25,786 nucleotides of DNA from a virus. Taxonomy: Duplodnaviria > Caudoviricetes. Below, in pieces: positions 1 through 7,377 of the stretch (within the stretch, counting starts at the first letter, position 1; every line of letters starts with the position of its first letter). A program made the translations under genes and the position numbers. The notes beneath the pieces were generated by a model, which worked only from the letters and a program-made list of their open reading frames with translations, was not told where the DNA came from and ran no database searches. Where the stretch lies: IMG/VR virus record IMGVR_UViG_3300034107_000631, positions 1 to 25,786 of that record. One strand, written 5' to 3'.

Positions 1-2091
1 AACACTAATTACACATTTAATGTGTCATTAAAAAATACCAATTCAAATTATATTGCAAATGTATTGGGTGTTGATAATTTTGGGAAAGATAGAAATGATG
101 TTCCAATATTTGTTGAAGAACACTATACAACACTATTAAATCAAGCATATAGACTTGGTTATATTAGAGGATTAAAACCAACTTTAACTTATTTGGGTGA
201 TGCAAGAACTGGGGGTTCATCTTCAATTGGTTGGTATCTTGAAAAATATCAATCACCAAAAACGCCATTTGTTGTTTCTGAATTGAGAGGAAATAAAGTT
301 TATAACTTATTCAAATTCATTTCAATATCTGATGGAAATTCAGCAAATACTGAAGTTAAGGTTTCAATTATTAATATGTCATTTAAGAATAGAACATTTG
401 ATGTATTGGTTAGAAGTTATTATGATTCAGATTCTGCACCAGTTGTATTGGAGAAATATACAAATTGTACACTAGATGAATCACAAAATAGTTTTATTGG
501 AAAAAAGATTGGAACAAGTGATGGCAAATATAATTTGGTTTCAAAATATATTATGCTTGAAATGGGAGATGAATTCCCATCTGATGCAATTCCTTGTGGA
601 TTTATGGGTTATCCCCACAGAAAGTATGGTAGTGCATTAACACCAAATTTATTATATAAAACAAGATATTATTATAATAATGAGGTTGTTAACAATGAAC
701 CATTTGCTGCATCAAATGCTGTACCTGCTGATAATGTAAAAAGAACATATCTTGGATTTTCAACAAATTATGGTTATGATAATTCTTTATTATCTTATAA
801 GGGTAAGCAAAATCCAGCAAGCATTATTGCAGATGGGTCAGAATGGAATGTGATTACAAAAGGTTTTCATATGGATTCAGGTGCAACAGTTGTTACTATA
901 GCAAATAGTTATACAACAAGTGGTCAAACAGCCTTTGAGGTTGGCAGTGGAAGTTTTAATTCAGAACCAGAAACAAATTCAAATCCATATTATTACTTAT
1001 ATTCAAGAAAGTTCACCTTATTATTTGAGGGGGGGTTTGATGGATGGGACATTTATTCTGAAAGAAGAACAAATGGTGATACATATCAAATTGGTGGTAT
1101 TGATTATATGAGGGGTGCATTATCTGTACCTGGCAAATATTCAGCAGCAACAGGACAAGGAACATTTAAACAAATTACAGATGGTGATGGTTCAGTTGAA
1201 TTTGCAACAACAGATTATTATGCATATCTTAAAGGTATTTTAACATATCAAAATCCAGAATCAACAAATATAAATATTTTTGTTACACCAGGTATTGATT
1301 ATATTAATAATAGCAACTTGGTTGAAAATGCTATAGATATGGTTGAAAGTGATAGAGCGGATTCAATTTATATTGTTACAACACCTGATGCAAATTTATT
1401 AACAACTGATGTCAATAATGTTATTTATCCCCAAGAATCAATTGTTTCTTTGGAGGAAACAAATATTGATTCAAATTATACTGCAACATATTACCCTTGG
1501 ATTTTGGTTAGAGACCAAGTAAATAATACCCAAGTTTATATTCCACCAACAGCAGAAGTCTGTAGGAATTTGGCATTAACTGATAATGTGGCATTCCCCT
1601 GGTTTGCATCAGCAGGTTATAATAGAGGATTGGTTAATTCTGTTAAGGCAAGGTTAAAGTTAACCCAAGATGATAGAGATACATTATATCAAGGAAGAAT
1701 AAATCCAATTGCTACATTCTCTGATGTTAATACTGTGATTTGGGGAAATAAAACCTTGCAAGTTAGAGAATCAGCATTAAATAGAATTAATGTTCGTAGG
1801 TTGTTATTGCAAGCACGTAAATTAATCTCTGCGGTTGCTGTGAGGCTTCTTTTTGAACAAAATGACCAGATAGTACGCCAACAGTTTTTGGATACGGTAA
1901 ATCCAATCCTAGATGGTATTAGAAGGGATCGTGGTTTAACTGATTTCCGTGTTACAGTTTCAAATGACCCAGAGGATATTGATAGAAATACAATGAGTGG
2001 TAAAATCTACATCAAGCCGACTCGCTCGCTAGAATTTATCTCACTCGAATTCGTGATTACACCTACTGGTGCTTCGTTTGAAGATATATAA
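1..2091 (+). CDS. Contractile tail sheath protein (T4 gp18-like), 5'-truncated
   Basis: The frame is open from base 1, so GTG at 22 is not the real start. C-terminal sheath motifs: ATYYPW, VYIPPT, PWFASAGYNRG, LYQGRINPI, VIWGNKTLQ, LNRINVRRLL, IYIKPTRSLEFISLEF. A tube gene lies downstream. Confidence 0.95.
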   Translation, partial: NTNYTFNVSLKNTNSNYIANVLGVDNFGKDRNDVPIFVEEHYTTLLNQAYRLGYIRGLKPTLTYLGDARTGGSSSIGWYLEKYQSPKTPFVVSELRGNKVYNLFKFISISDGNSANTEVKVSIINMSFKNRTFDVLVRSYYDSDSAPVVLEKYTNCTLDESQNSFIGKKIGTSDGKYNLVSKYIMLEMGDEFPSDAIPCGFMGYPHRKYGSALTPNLLYKTRYYYNNEVVNNEPFAASNAVPADNVKRTYLGFSTNYGYDNSLLSYKGKQNPASIIADGSEWNVITKGFHMDSGATVVTIANSYTTSGQTAFEVGSGSFNSEPETNSNPYYYLYSRKFTLLFEGGFDGWDIYSERRTNGDTYQIGGIDYMRGALSVPGKYSAATGQGTFKQITDGDGSVEFATTDYYAYLKGILTYQNPESTNINIFVTPGIDYINNSNLVENAIDMVESDRADSIYIVTTPDANLLTTDVNNVIYPQESIVSLEETNIDSNYTATYYPWILVRDQVNNTQVYIPPTAEVCRNLALTDNVAFPWFASAGYNRGLVNSVKARLKLTQDDRDTLYQGRINPIATFSDVNTVIWGNKTLQVRESALNRINVRRLLLQARKLISAVAVRLLFEQNDQIVRQQFLDTVNPILDGIRRDRGLTDFRVTVSNDPEDIDRNTMSGKIYIKPTRSLEFISLEFVITPTGASFEDI

Positions 2092-2108
2092 TGATGTAAT
2101 TTTACACC

Positions 2109-2145
2109 AAAAACCCCCACCTCAAAATAGAAGTGGGGGTTTTTT
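2109..2145 (+). terminator. Intrinsic terminator, probably bidirectional
   Basis: AAAAACCCCCAC...GTGGGGGTTTTT inverted repeat with an A-run on the left and a T-run on the right, just after the sheath stop codon. Confidence 0.85.
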
Positions 2146-2231
2146 ATTATTTGGGGTTTTTTTATATGATAGGGGCAATTAGTTTACTTTTATTATATCA
2201 AGTATTATTTTTTTATATAATATATAAATTA

Positions 2232-3131
2232 ATGAAAAAAAATACTTTACCAAAGAACAACCCCAATGTTGCAATGTATATTGCATTTGGATTATGGGGT
2301 TCATTTTTATTGGGTGTAATATATACCCCAAGCAAAATTAAATATGAAAAACAATCATTTACACCATTAATTCAACAAGAAACAGTTTTTATTGAAAAAG
2401 TAATTGAACCAATTAAAGTGAAAGTTGATACTGCTGAACCAATTAAAGTGAAAGTTGAAACTACTGAACCAATTATACCAGAAAATGATGCAATTGAAGG
2501 TGTAACAATAATTAATGAGGATGCTTATTCAAAAAGGTCATATGTTTATGATATTAGACATATGAGTAAAACTGAATTAAGAAAACATCTAAAAACTAAT
2601 GGATTTAGAAATTTGGATAATGCTACTTTAGTTCAGATGAGAAGAATGTGGATGGCATTTCATTATGAGAGTATGTTAATGAATTTACATCTATTGACAG
2701 AATTCCCCATATCTATGCTCTATTCATTCTTTATCATTGAGGCAACCACTAATGGCATTGAGACCAACTTATGGCGACTGCACGCAAATGCGGGGGGAAT
2801 GAAGGCATTTAAGGGGTACGGTTCTGTGACATATAAAACCTATGAAGTGATAAGGGGAAAAAATGTAACTATGAAAGCAAAATTTATGAGTGCAAAAAAT
2901 ACTCAAGAAGGAATTGAGGCTTGGGCTAAAGTATTAAATTCAGGTAGATATTATGAGTGCAAGAAAGCAAATTATAAATTACCAAAGAAACAATTATATG
3001 AAAGCATATGCAAGTGTGTTTATGAATCTGGTTATCATACAGACCCTAAGTATAAGTTTAGAGCACAATTTATGGCAGAGTTTTGGAAATTCAAAACAGA
3101 GAACCTTCCAATTATTATAGAGGAATTTTAA
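2232..3131 (+). CDS. GH73 (glucosaminidase/FlgJ-like) peptidoglycan hydrolase with N-terminal membrane anchor
   Basis: FFIIEATTNG (candidate catalytic Glu), NAGGMK (cf. NLFGIK) and GYHTDPKY (cf. GYATDPxY). Hydrophobic segment VAMYIAFGLWGSFLLGVIY follows basic MKK. The track start GTG 2133 lies inside the terminator; ATG 2232 is preferred, ATG 2166 is possible. Confidence 0.75.
   Translation: MKKNTLPKNNPNVAMYIAFGLWGSFLLGVIYTPSKIKYEKQSFTPLIQQETVFIEKVIEPIKVKVDTAEPIKVKVETTEPIIPENDAIEGVTIINEDAYSKRSYVYDIRHMSKTELRKHLKTNGFRNLDNATLVQMRRMWMAFHYESMLMNLHLLTEFPISMLYSFFIIEATTNGIETNLWRLHANAGGMKAFKGYGSVTYKTYEVIRGKNVTMKAKFMSAKNTQEGIEAWAKVLNSGRYYECKKANYKLPKKQLYESICKCVYESGYHTDPKYKFRAQFMAEFWKFKTENLPIIIEEF
2405..2475 (+). 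repeat. 30-bp in-frame tandem repeat, about 2.4 copies (EPIKVKVDTA/EPIKVKVETT/EPI)
   Basis: TGAACCAATTAAAGTGAAAGTTGA at 2405 and 2435; partial copy TGAACCAATTA at 2465. Confidence 0.95.
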
Positions 3132-3138
3132 ATTAACT

Positions 3139-3175
3139 TGGTTGCTCATTAAATTTGGGCAACCATTTTTTTTTT
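3139..3175 (+). terminator. Intrinsic terminator
   Basis: TGGTTGCTCA-loop-TGGGCAACCA (one U-G pair) followed by T10. Confidence 0.85.
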
Positions 3176-3186
3176 GGGTTTATAAA

Positions 3187-3194
3187 TATTTATA
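3187..3194 (+). promoter_or_regulatory. TATTTATA putative late-promoter motif
   Basis: Recurrent intergenic motif, 17 nt before ATG 3212. Here it is part of the palindrome TATAAATATTTATA (3181-3194). Confidence 0.55.
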
Positions 3195-3211
3195 AAATAA
3201 AATAAAATAAT

Positions 3212-4009
3212 ATGAAGATAATTAAAGAATTTAATGAAAAATCAACTCCAGATATGAAGTATTATGCTTTTGACTGGGATGACAATATTGTATATATGCC
3301 AACAGAAATAATATTACTTGATAATAATGATGATGAAGTTGGAATGTCAACACATGACTTTGCAAAATATAGAGGTGATGTTGGAAAAAATGAATTTAAA
3401 TATAGAGGGACTACAATTGTTGGTTATGCTGATTTACCATTTAGACAATTTACAGTTACAGGTGATGAACAATTCTTACGAGATATTATGATTGCAAAAG
3501 TTGGTCCAGCATTTGATGATTTCAAAGAAGCAGTTAATAATGGATCCATTTTCTCAATTATCACAGCAAGGGGACATAATCCTGAAACATTGAAAAAAGC
3601 AGTTAAAATATATATTGAAGAAGAATTTGATGGGATTATTAAAGATAAAGTTATACATAATCTTAATAAATATAGAGATTTAATCCCAAGTCAAACTGAT
3701 ATTGATATAATTGATGAATATTTGGATTTATGTAAATTCTATCCGGTTTCATTTGGTTCTGGTAGTGCTGCTAATCCAGAAGTAGAAAAAGTGAAAGCAT
3801 TAAAGGAATTTTATGATTATTGTAAAGAAATGGCTAATCAAATTAAAAAAGCATTTGAATTTAAAAATGAAGTTTCTGGTGAATCATTGAAATTCTCAAT
3901 TGGATTTTCTGATGATGATATGAAAAATATTGAAACAATGAAGAATAGTATGAATAAACCAGAATTAACAATATATTCAACAAATAAAGGTACTAAAGAA
4001 AAAGTATAA
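3212..4009 (+). CDS. HAD-superfamily phosphatase-like protein
   Basis: Motif I YAFDWDDNI (DxD), motif II SIITARG, a Lys in EVEKVKAL, motif IV GFSDDD. Confidence 0.7.
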   Translation: MKIIKEFNEKSTPDMKYYAFDWDDNIVYMPTEIILLDNNDDEVGMSTHDFAKYRGDVGKNEFKYRGTTIVGYADLPFRQFTVTGDEQFLRDIMIAKVGPAFDDFKEAVNNGSIFSIITARGHNPETLKKAVKIYIEEEFDGIIKDKVIHNLNKYRDLIPSQTDIDIIDEYLDLCKFYPVSFGSGSAANPEVEKVKALKEFYDYCKEMANQIKKAFEFKNEVSGESLKFSIGFSDDDMKNIETMKNSMNKPELTIYSTNKGTKEKV

Positions 4010-4037
4010 AGTTATATTATAGTTTATATTATAACTT
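4009..4037. terminator. AT-rich hairpin between convergent genes
   Basis: AAGTTATATTATA-GTT-TATATTATAACTT with one mismatch. The stem is weak. Confidence 0.35.
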
Positions 4038-4111
4038 ATAATATATAATACAATATATAGATTTGATAGAAAAAAAGTAAATAGTGTTTTTTAAAAAAAA
4101 ATTAAAATATT

Positions 4112-5722
4112 TTAAAAATTTAATTTGAATACAAAATTACCAACATCATAAATTCTTGGAATACCCCTTTCTTCCATAATTTGGAATTCTGTTTTGGTTG
4201 AATCAAAACCATTCTTAACCAAGATGTCTTTTCTAAATTCAAATCTATGTTTTCTTTTTTTATTAACAATATAAAAATAATTTGGGCTAGTTGATTTAAC
4301 TTCAACAAAGCCCAATTTTTTATATAAATTTCCATTACTCCATCTTTTATCAGCATAACTTAAAATTTCTGCTGGGTTATATGTTTGAATAAAATATTTT
4401 AATAATTTTGATGCACCCCCTACTACAGAAGTATTTAATTTATTGCAAAATCTAAGAAGTTCATATTCTTTATCATTTTTAATTTTATTACCCAGAGCAA
4501 TTCTCTTTTTTCCAAATGTCATTAAAGATACCAATTCATCATTATAATATAATCCAAGGTTAATGGAACTTCCAACCATACCTTGAATATGATTCTCATT
4601 AAGGAATTTTGATTTATCTTTTGTTTTAACCAATTTGATATTGCACTTCCTAGCATAAATCTTATGTTCAACTTTGTTTAATTTGTTTAACAATATGCTT
4701 TTAACAATTTCTTTTTTGCAATCCCATTCATCTTCAAATATATGAATTAACTGGATATTATTTGAATTGCAAATTTCTGTTTTCTCTAAATGATAATTAT
4801 TTTTTTTGAATACATTTGAATGAAAGTAAACCCCATTGAATTCAATGGCTAAGTTATGTTTGGGGATATAGATATCAATTTCTTTACCATTTAAAATATT
4901 TCTATCATTTTTAATATATTCAATATTATTATTATTCAAGAATTCACATAAATCATTTTCTTTAATTGATGAAAATTCACCTGCTGGATTACATAATGTA
5001 CAAGGATTTACTTTATTTTCATGCCTATAATATAATAAACTCCTATAAATTGAGTATTGCTTATTACAAATATCACATATTATTTCAATGTTGTTACCAA
5101 CAGAATTTACAATATTTAAATTATTATGTTTTTTTTCAAAATTAATTGATGATTTTTTAGTTTTTATATTTCTACTTTCCTTTAATAAGATTGGGGTGCT
5201 AACACCATATCTTTTAATATTTGTTTCTGCTATTTTTTGTTTTACTTTATCTAATTTTGAAATATGGTCAACTCCATATTTTTCAATTGTTCTTTGTTTA
5301 ATTAATTCTGTATCAAAGAATATATTTGTAACTCCATAATTTAACATTGTGGTGGCTTCTACTTTTGCCTTAATTTCTTTTGAAGAATTTGGGGAATTAC
5401 CACCATATTTCTCTGTATTTGTTATTTTAATTTTATTTATATGTTCAATATCAGAGTTTGTGCAAAGCAAAGAACAATAAAGTCCATAACCTTCAGTTAA
5501 GGATCTTTTAAACTTTAAATTTACCCCACATTTCTTGCAGGTTGGAATTTCTTTAACCTGATTAATGTAGTGCCATATTTTTTGTTTAAATGATATAGAT
5601 GTTAAATGTGTGGTGTAATTAATGATTTTTTCATATAAATCATTATGGTTGTTTTTAAGAAATGATTCTTTGGTCTTATAGCCAGATTTATTGTCAGTTG
5701 TAAAAAAAATTAATAAATCCAT
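4112..5722 (-). CDS. Free-standing homing-endonuclease-like protein: Zn-binding motifs, YG repeats, Vsr/DUF559-like PD-(D/E)xK-type nuclease and C-terminal GNAT (Mom-like) domain
   Basis: CKKC...YCSLLC; four xxYG repeats (EKYGG, LNYGV, EKYGV, KRYGV); CDIC...CTLC; EIDIYIPKHNLAIEFNGVYFHS...IHIFEDEW; then ELLRFC...VVGGASKLLKYF...ILSYADKRWSNGNLYKKLGF. It is the only long minus-strand gene in the window. Confidence 0.75.
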   Translation of the reverse strand: MDLLIFFTTDNKSGYKTKESFLKNNHNDLYEKIINYTTHLTSISFKQKIWHYINQVKEIPTCKKCGVNLKFKRSLTEGYGLYCSLLCTNSDIEHINKIKITNTEKYGGNSPNSSKEIKAKVEATTMLNYGVTNIFFDTELIKQRTIEKYGVDHISKLDKVKQKIAETNIKRYGVSTPILLKESRNIKTKKSSINFEKKHNNLNIVNSVGNNIEIICDICNKQYSIYRSLLYYRHENKVNPCTLCNPAGEFSSIKENDLCEFLNNNNIEYIKNDRNILNGKEIDIYIPKHNLAIEFNGVYFHSNVFKKNNYHLEKTEICNSNNIQLIHIFEDEWDCKKEIVKSILLNKLNKVEHKIYARKCNIKLVKTKDKSKFLNENHIQGMVGSSINLGLYYNDELVSLMTFGKKRIALGNKIKNDKEYELLRFCNKLNTSVVGGASKLLKYFIQTYNPAEILSYADKRWSNGNLYKKLGFVEVKSTSPNYFYIVNKKRKHRFEFRKDILVKNGFDSTKTEFQIMEERGIPRIYDVGNFVFKLNF

Positions 5723-5742
5723 ATATTTTTCTATTTACTTGA

Positions 5743-5793
5743 TATTTATAAAATGTATGAGAATGGACTCATAACAAAGATAATAATAAATAT
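5743..5793. promoter_or_regulatory. Face-to-face TATTTAT motifs (+ at 5743-5750, - at 5786-5793) around a small hairpin
   Basis: GATATTTATA on +; ATAAATAT reads ATATTTAT on -; TATGAG-AATGGA-CTCATA lies between them (5756-5773). Confidence 0.45.
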
Positions 5794-5819
5794 TATAAAA
5801 AAAATAAAAAAAACATATT

Positions 5820-6308
5820 ATGGCTGATTTATTAATTAAAATGCCTTTTCCTTATGAACCAAAAAGACAAAATAGGTTTATACTAAGGTTTCCAGCTCCT
5901 ATGGGGATAAATGAATGGTTTGTTGAAAGTACATCAAGACCTAAAATATCAATAGCATCAAAAGAAATTGAATTTTTAAATACATCAACATTTGTTTCTG
6001 GTAGATTTAAATGGGAACCAATCACTATTAAATTCAGAGACCCAATTGGTCCATCTGCTGCTCAAGCATTAATGGAGTGGGTTAGATTGCATGCAGAATC
6101 AATTACAGGTAGAATGGGGTATGCTTCTGGCTATAAGCAGAATTTAGCATTAGAATTACTTGACCCAACTGGTGTTGTGATTGAAAAATGGGAATTAATT
6201 GGTTGTATTATAACAAATGCTGATTTTGGTGCTTTAGCATATAATTCAGATTCATTAGCTGATATTAGTGTTACAATTCAACCTGATAGATGTATATTAG
6301 TATATTAA
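5820..6308 (+). CDS. Tail tube protein (T4 gp19-like)
   Basis: 162 aa with EPKRQNRF, RPKI, GRFKWEPITIKFRD, LMEW, GYKQNLALELLDPTGVVIEKWELIGC, FGALAY and VTIQPD; lies downstream of the sheath. Confidence 0.92.
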   Translation: MADLLIKMPFPYEPKRQNRFILRFPAPMGINEWFVESTSRPKISIASKEIEFLNTSTFVSGRFKWEPITIKFRDPIGPSAAQALMEWVRLHAESITGRMGYASGYKQNLALELLDPTGVVIEKWELIGCIITNADFGALAYNSDSLADISVTIQPDRCILVY

Positions 6309-6332
6309 TATAATATATTATTTTTATTAAAC

Positions 6333-6376
6333 AAAGTTCATATGTTTATGGTAATCATAGATATATGAACTTTTTA
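6333..6376 (+). terminator. Intrinsic terminator with long stem
   Basis: AAAGTTCATATGTTTATG-GTAAT-CATAGATATATGAACTTT: 18-bp stem with two G-U pairs, then a T-rich tail. Confidence 0.75.
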
Positions 6377-6440
6377 TTTATATTAGGTTTATGTAATCTA
6401 TTTTCTTTTAATTTTTATTTATTATTTTTAAGATAAAAAA

Positions 6441-7190
6441 ATGGAAGATAAGTCTAAAGAATATGGTCAATCAAGTTTTGACCTACCCCATGATGTGATA
6501 CAATTACCATCTGGGGGCATATTTTACAAAAACAAAAAGAAAGCAATTAAAATTGGTTATTTAACTGCTAGTGATGAGAATTTACTATTAGGTAATAGTA
6601 AGAATTTTACTTTGCAACTTTTAAGAAATAAGATATATGAACATGATATAAGACCAGAAGATATGATTGAAGGGGATATTGAAGCGGTTCTAATATTTTT
6701 AAGAAATACTTCTTTTGGTTCTGAACTTGAACTTTCAGTACCGGATTCTAAGACTGGTAAGTTTTTTAATGCTGTTATTGATTTGAGTGAATTATCAATT
6801 GAAAAGGGTGATACACCTGATAGTGATGGTACATATACTATTACATTACCTAAAAGTTCTGATGTGGTTAAAATTAAACCATTAACCTATGGGGAGATTC
6901 TTGAAATAAATGATATTATTGATTCTTATCCAACTAATAGAATTGCACCAAAAGTAACATTAAGATTATCAAGGGAGATTGTTGAAATAAATGGTAATCC
7001 AGATAAGGTAAGCATTGTTAAATATGTTGAGACTATGCCTATTGCTGATTCAAAATTTATACGCAAGTATTTGAGTGAGAATGAGCCTAAACTTAATTTA
7101 AAAAGAAATATAAAGACCCCATCAGGAGATATGACCACAGTTAGCGCTGGGTTTGGGGTTGAGTTTTTTCGCCCTTTCTTCGGATTATAG
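6441..7190 (+). CDS. Tail/baseplate-hub assembly chaperone (T4 gp26-like)
   Basis: LPSGGIFY, YLTASDENLL, GDIEAVLIFLRNTSFG, ITLPKS, KPLTYGE, MPIADSKFIRKY and a C-terminal EFFRP; sits between tube and tape measure. Confidence 0.75.
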   Translation: MEDKSKEYGQSSFDLPHDVIQLPSGGIFYKNKKKAIKIGYLTASDENLLLGNSKNFTLQLLRNKIYEHDIRPEDMIEGDIEAVLIFLRNTSFGSELELSVPDSKTGKFFNAVIDLSELSIEKGDTPDSDGTYTITLPKSSDVVKIKPLTYGEILEINDIIDSYPTNRIAPKVTLRLSREIVEINGNPDKVSIVKYVETMPIADSKFIRKYLSENEPKLNLKRNIKTPSGDMTTVSAGFGVEFFRPFFGL

Positions 7191-7332
7191 GGTTGCACAA
7201 TCAACAGATTTTTATTATTTAAATAAATTATTAAATGTTTCATATTCTGATTTTTTAATTATGCCCATTTTTTTAAGAAAATTCTTAATAAATAAATGGA
7301 TTGAAGATAACAATAATAATAATAAGGGGTGA
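7171..7332 (+). CDS. Unannotated +1-frame extension of the chaperone (probable programmed frameshift product)
   Basis: Frame open 7135-7332 encoding ALSSDYRVAQSTDFYYLNKLLNVSYSDFLIMPIFLRKFLINKWIEDNNNNNKG*. No ATG before 7261; overlaps the TTT_TTT_CGC site; ends within the terminator hairpin. Confidence 0.65.
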   Translation, partial: ALSSDYRVAQSTDFYYLNKLLNVSYSDFLIMPIFLRKFLINKWIEDNNNNNKG

Positions 7333-7353
7333 TGTTAAAAATCATCCCTTATT
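7321..7353 (+). terminator. Terminator-like hairpin
   Basis: AATAAGGGGTGAT-loop-ATCATCCCTTATT, 13 bp with one G-U pair. Confidence 0.7.
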
Positions 7354-7354
7354 C

Positions 7355-7362
7355 TATTTATA
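7355..7362 (+). promoter_or_regulatory. TATTTATA putative late-promoter motif
   Basis: 15 nt before ATG 7378. Confidence 0.55.
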
Positions 7363-7377
7363 TATAAAATATATATT

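Noticed and set aside
2133-2231. GTG 2133 start with an extra hydrophobic N-terminus for the GH73 gene
   Set aside because: The start lies inside the terminator stem, and the hydrophobicity simply reflects T-rich intergenic DNA.
2405-2475. CRISPR-like array
   Set aside because: The repeats are adjacent, in frame within a CDS, and have no unique spacers.
4010-4111. Replication origin or ncRNA in the very AT-rich gap
   Set aside because: Only a weak AT hairpin is present, with no iterons or recognisable RNA structure.
4112-5722. Group I intron or intein hosting the nuclease
   Set aside because: The flanking genes are complete, the gaps are about 100 nt of AT-rich DNA with no intron core, and no intein terminal motifs were seen.
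7188-7226. TAG readthrough or stop-codon reassignment
   Set aside because: In-frame readthrough hits TAA after 11 codons, and all long genes are intact under the standard code. The +1 frame explains the gap better.
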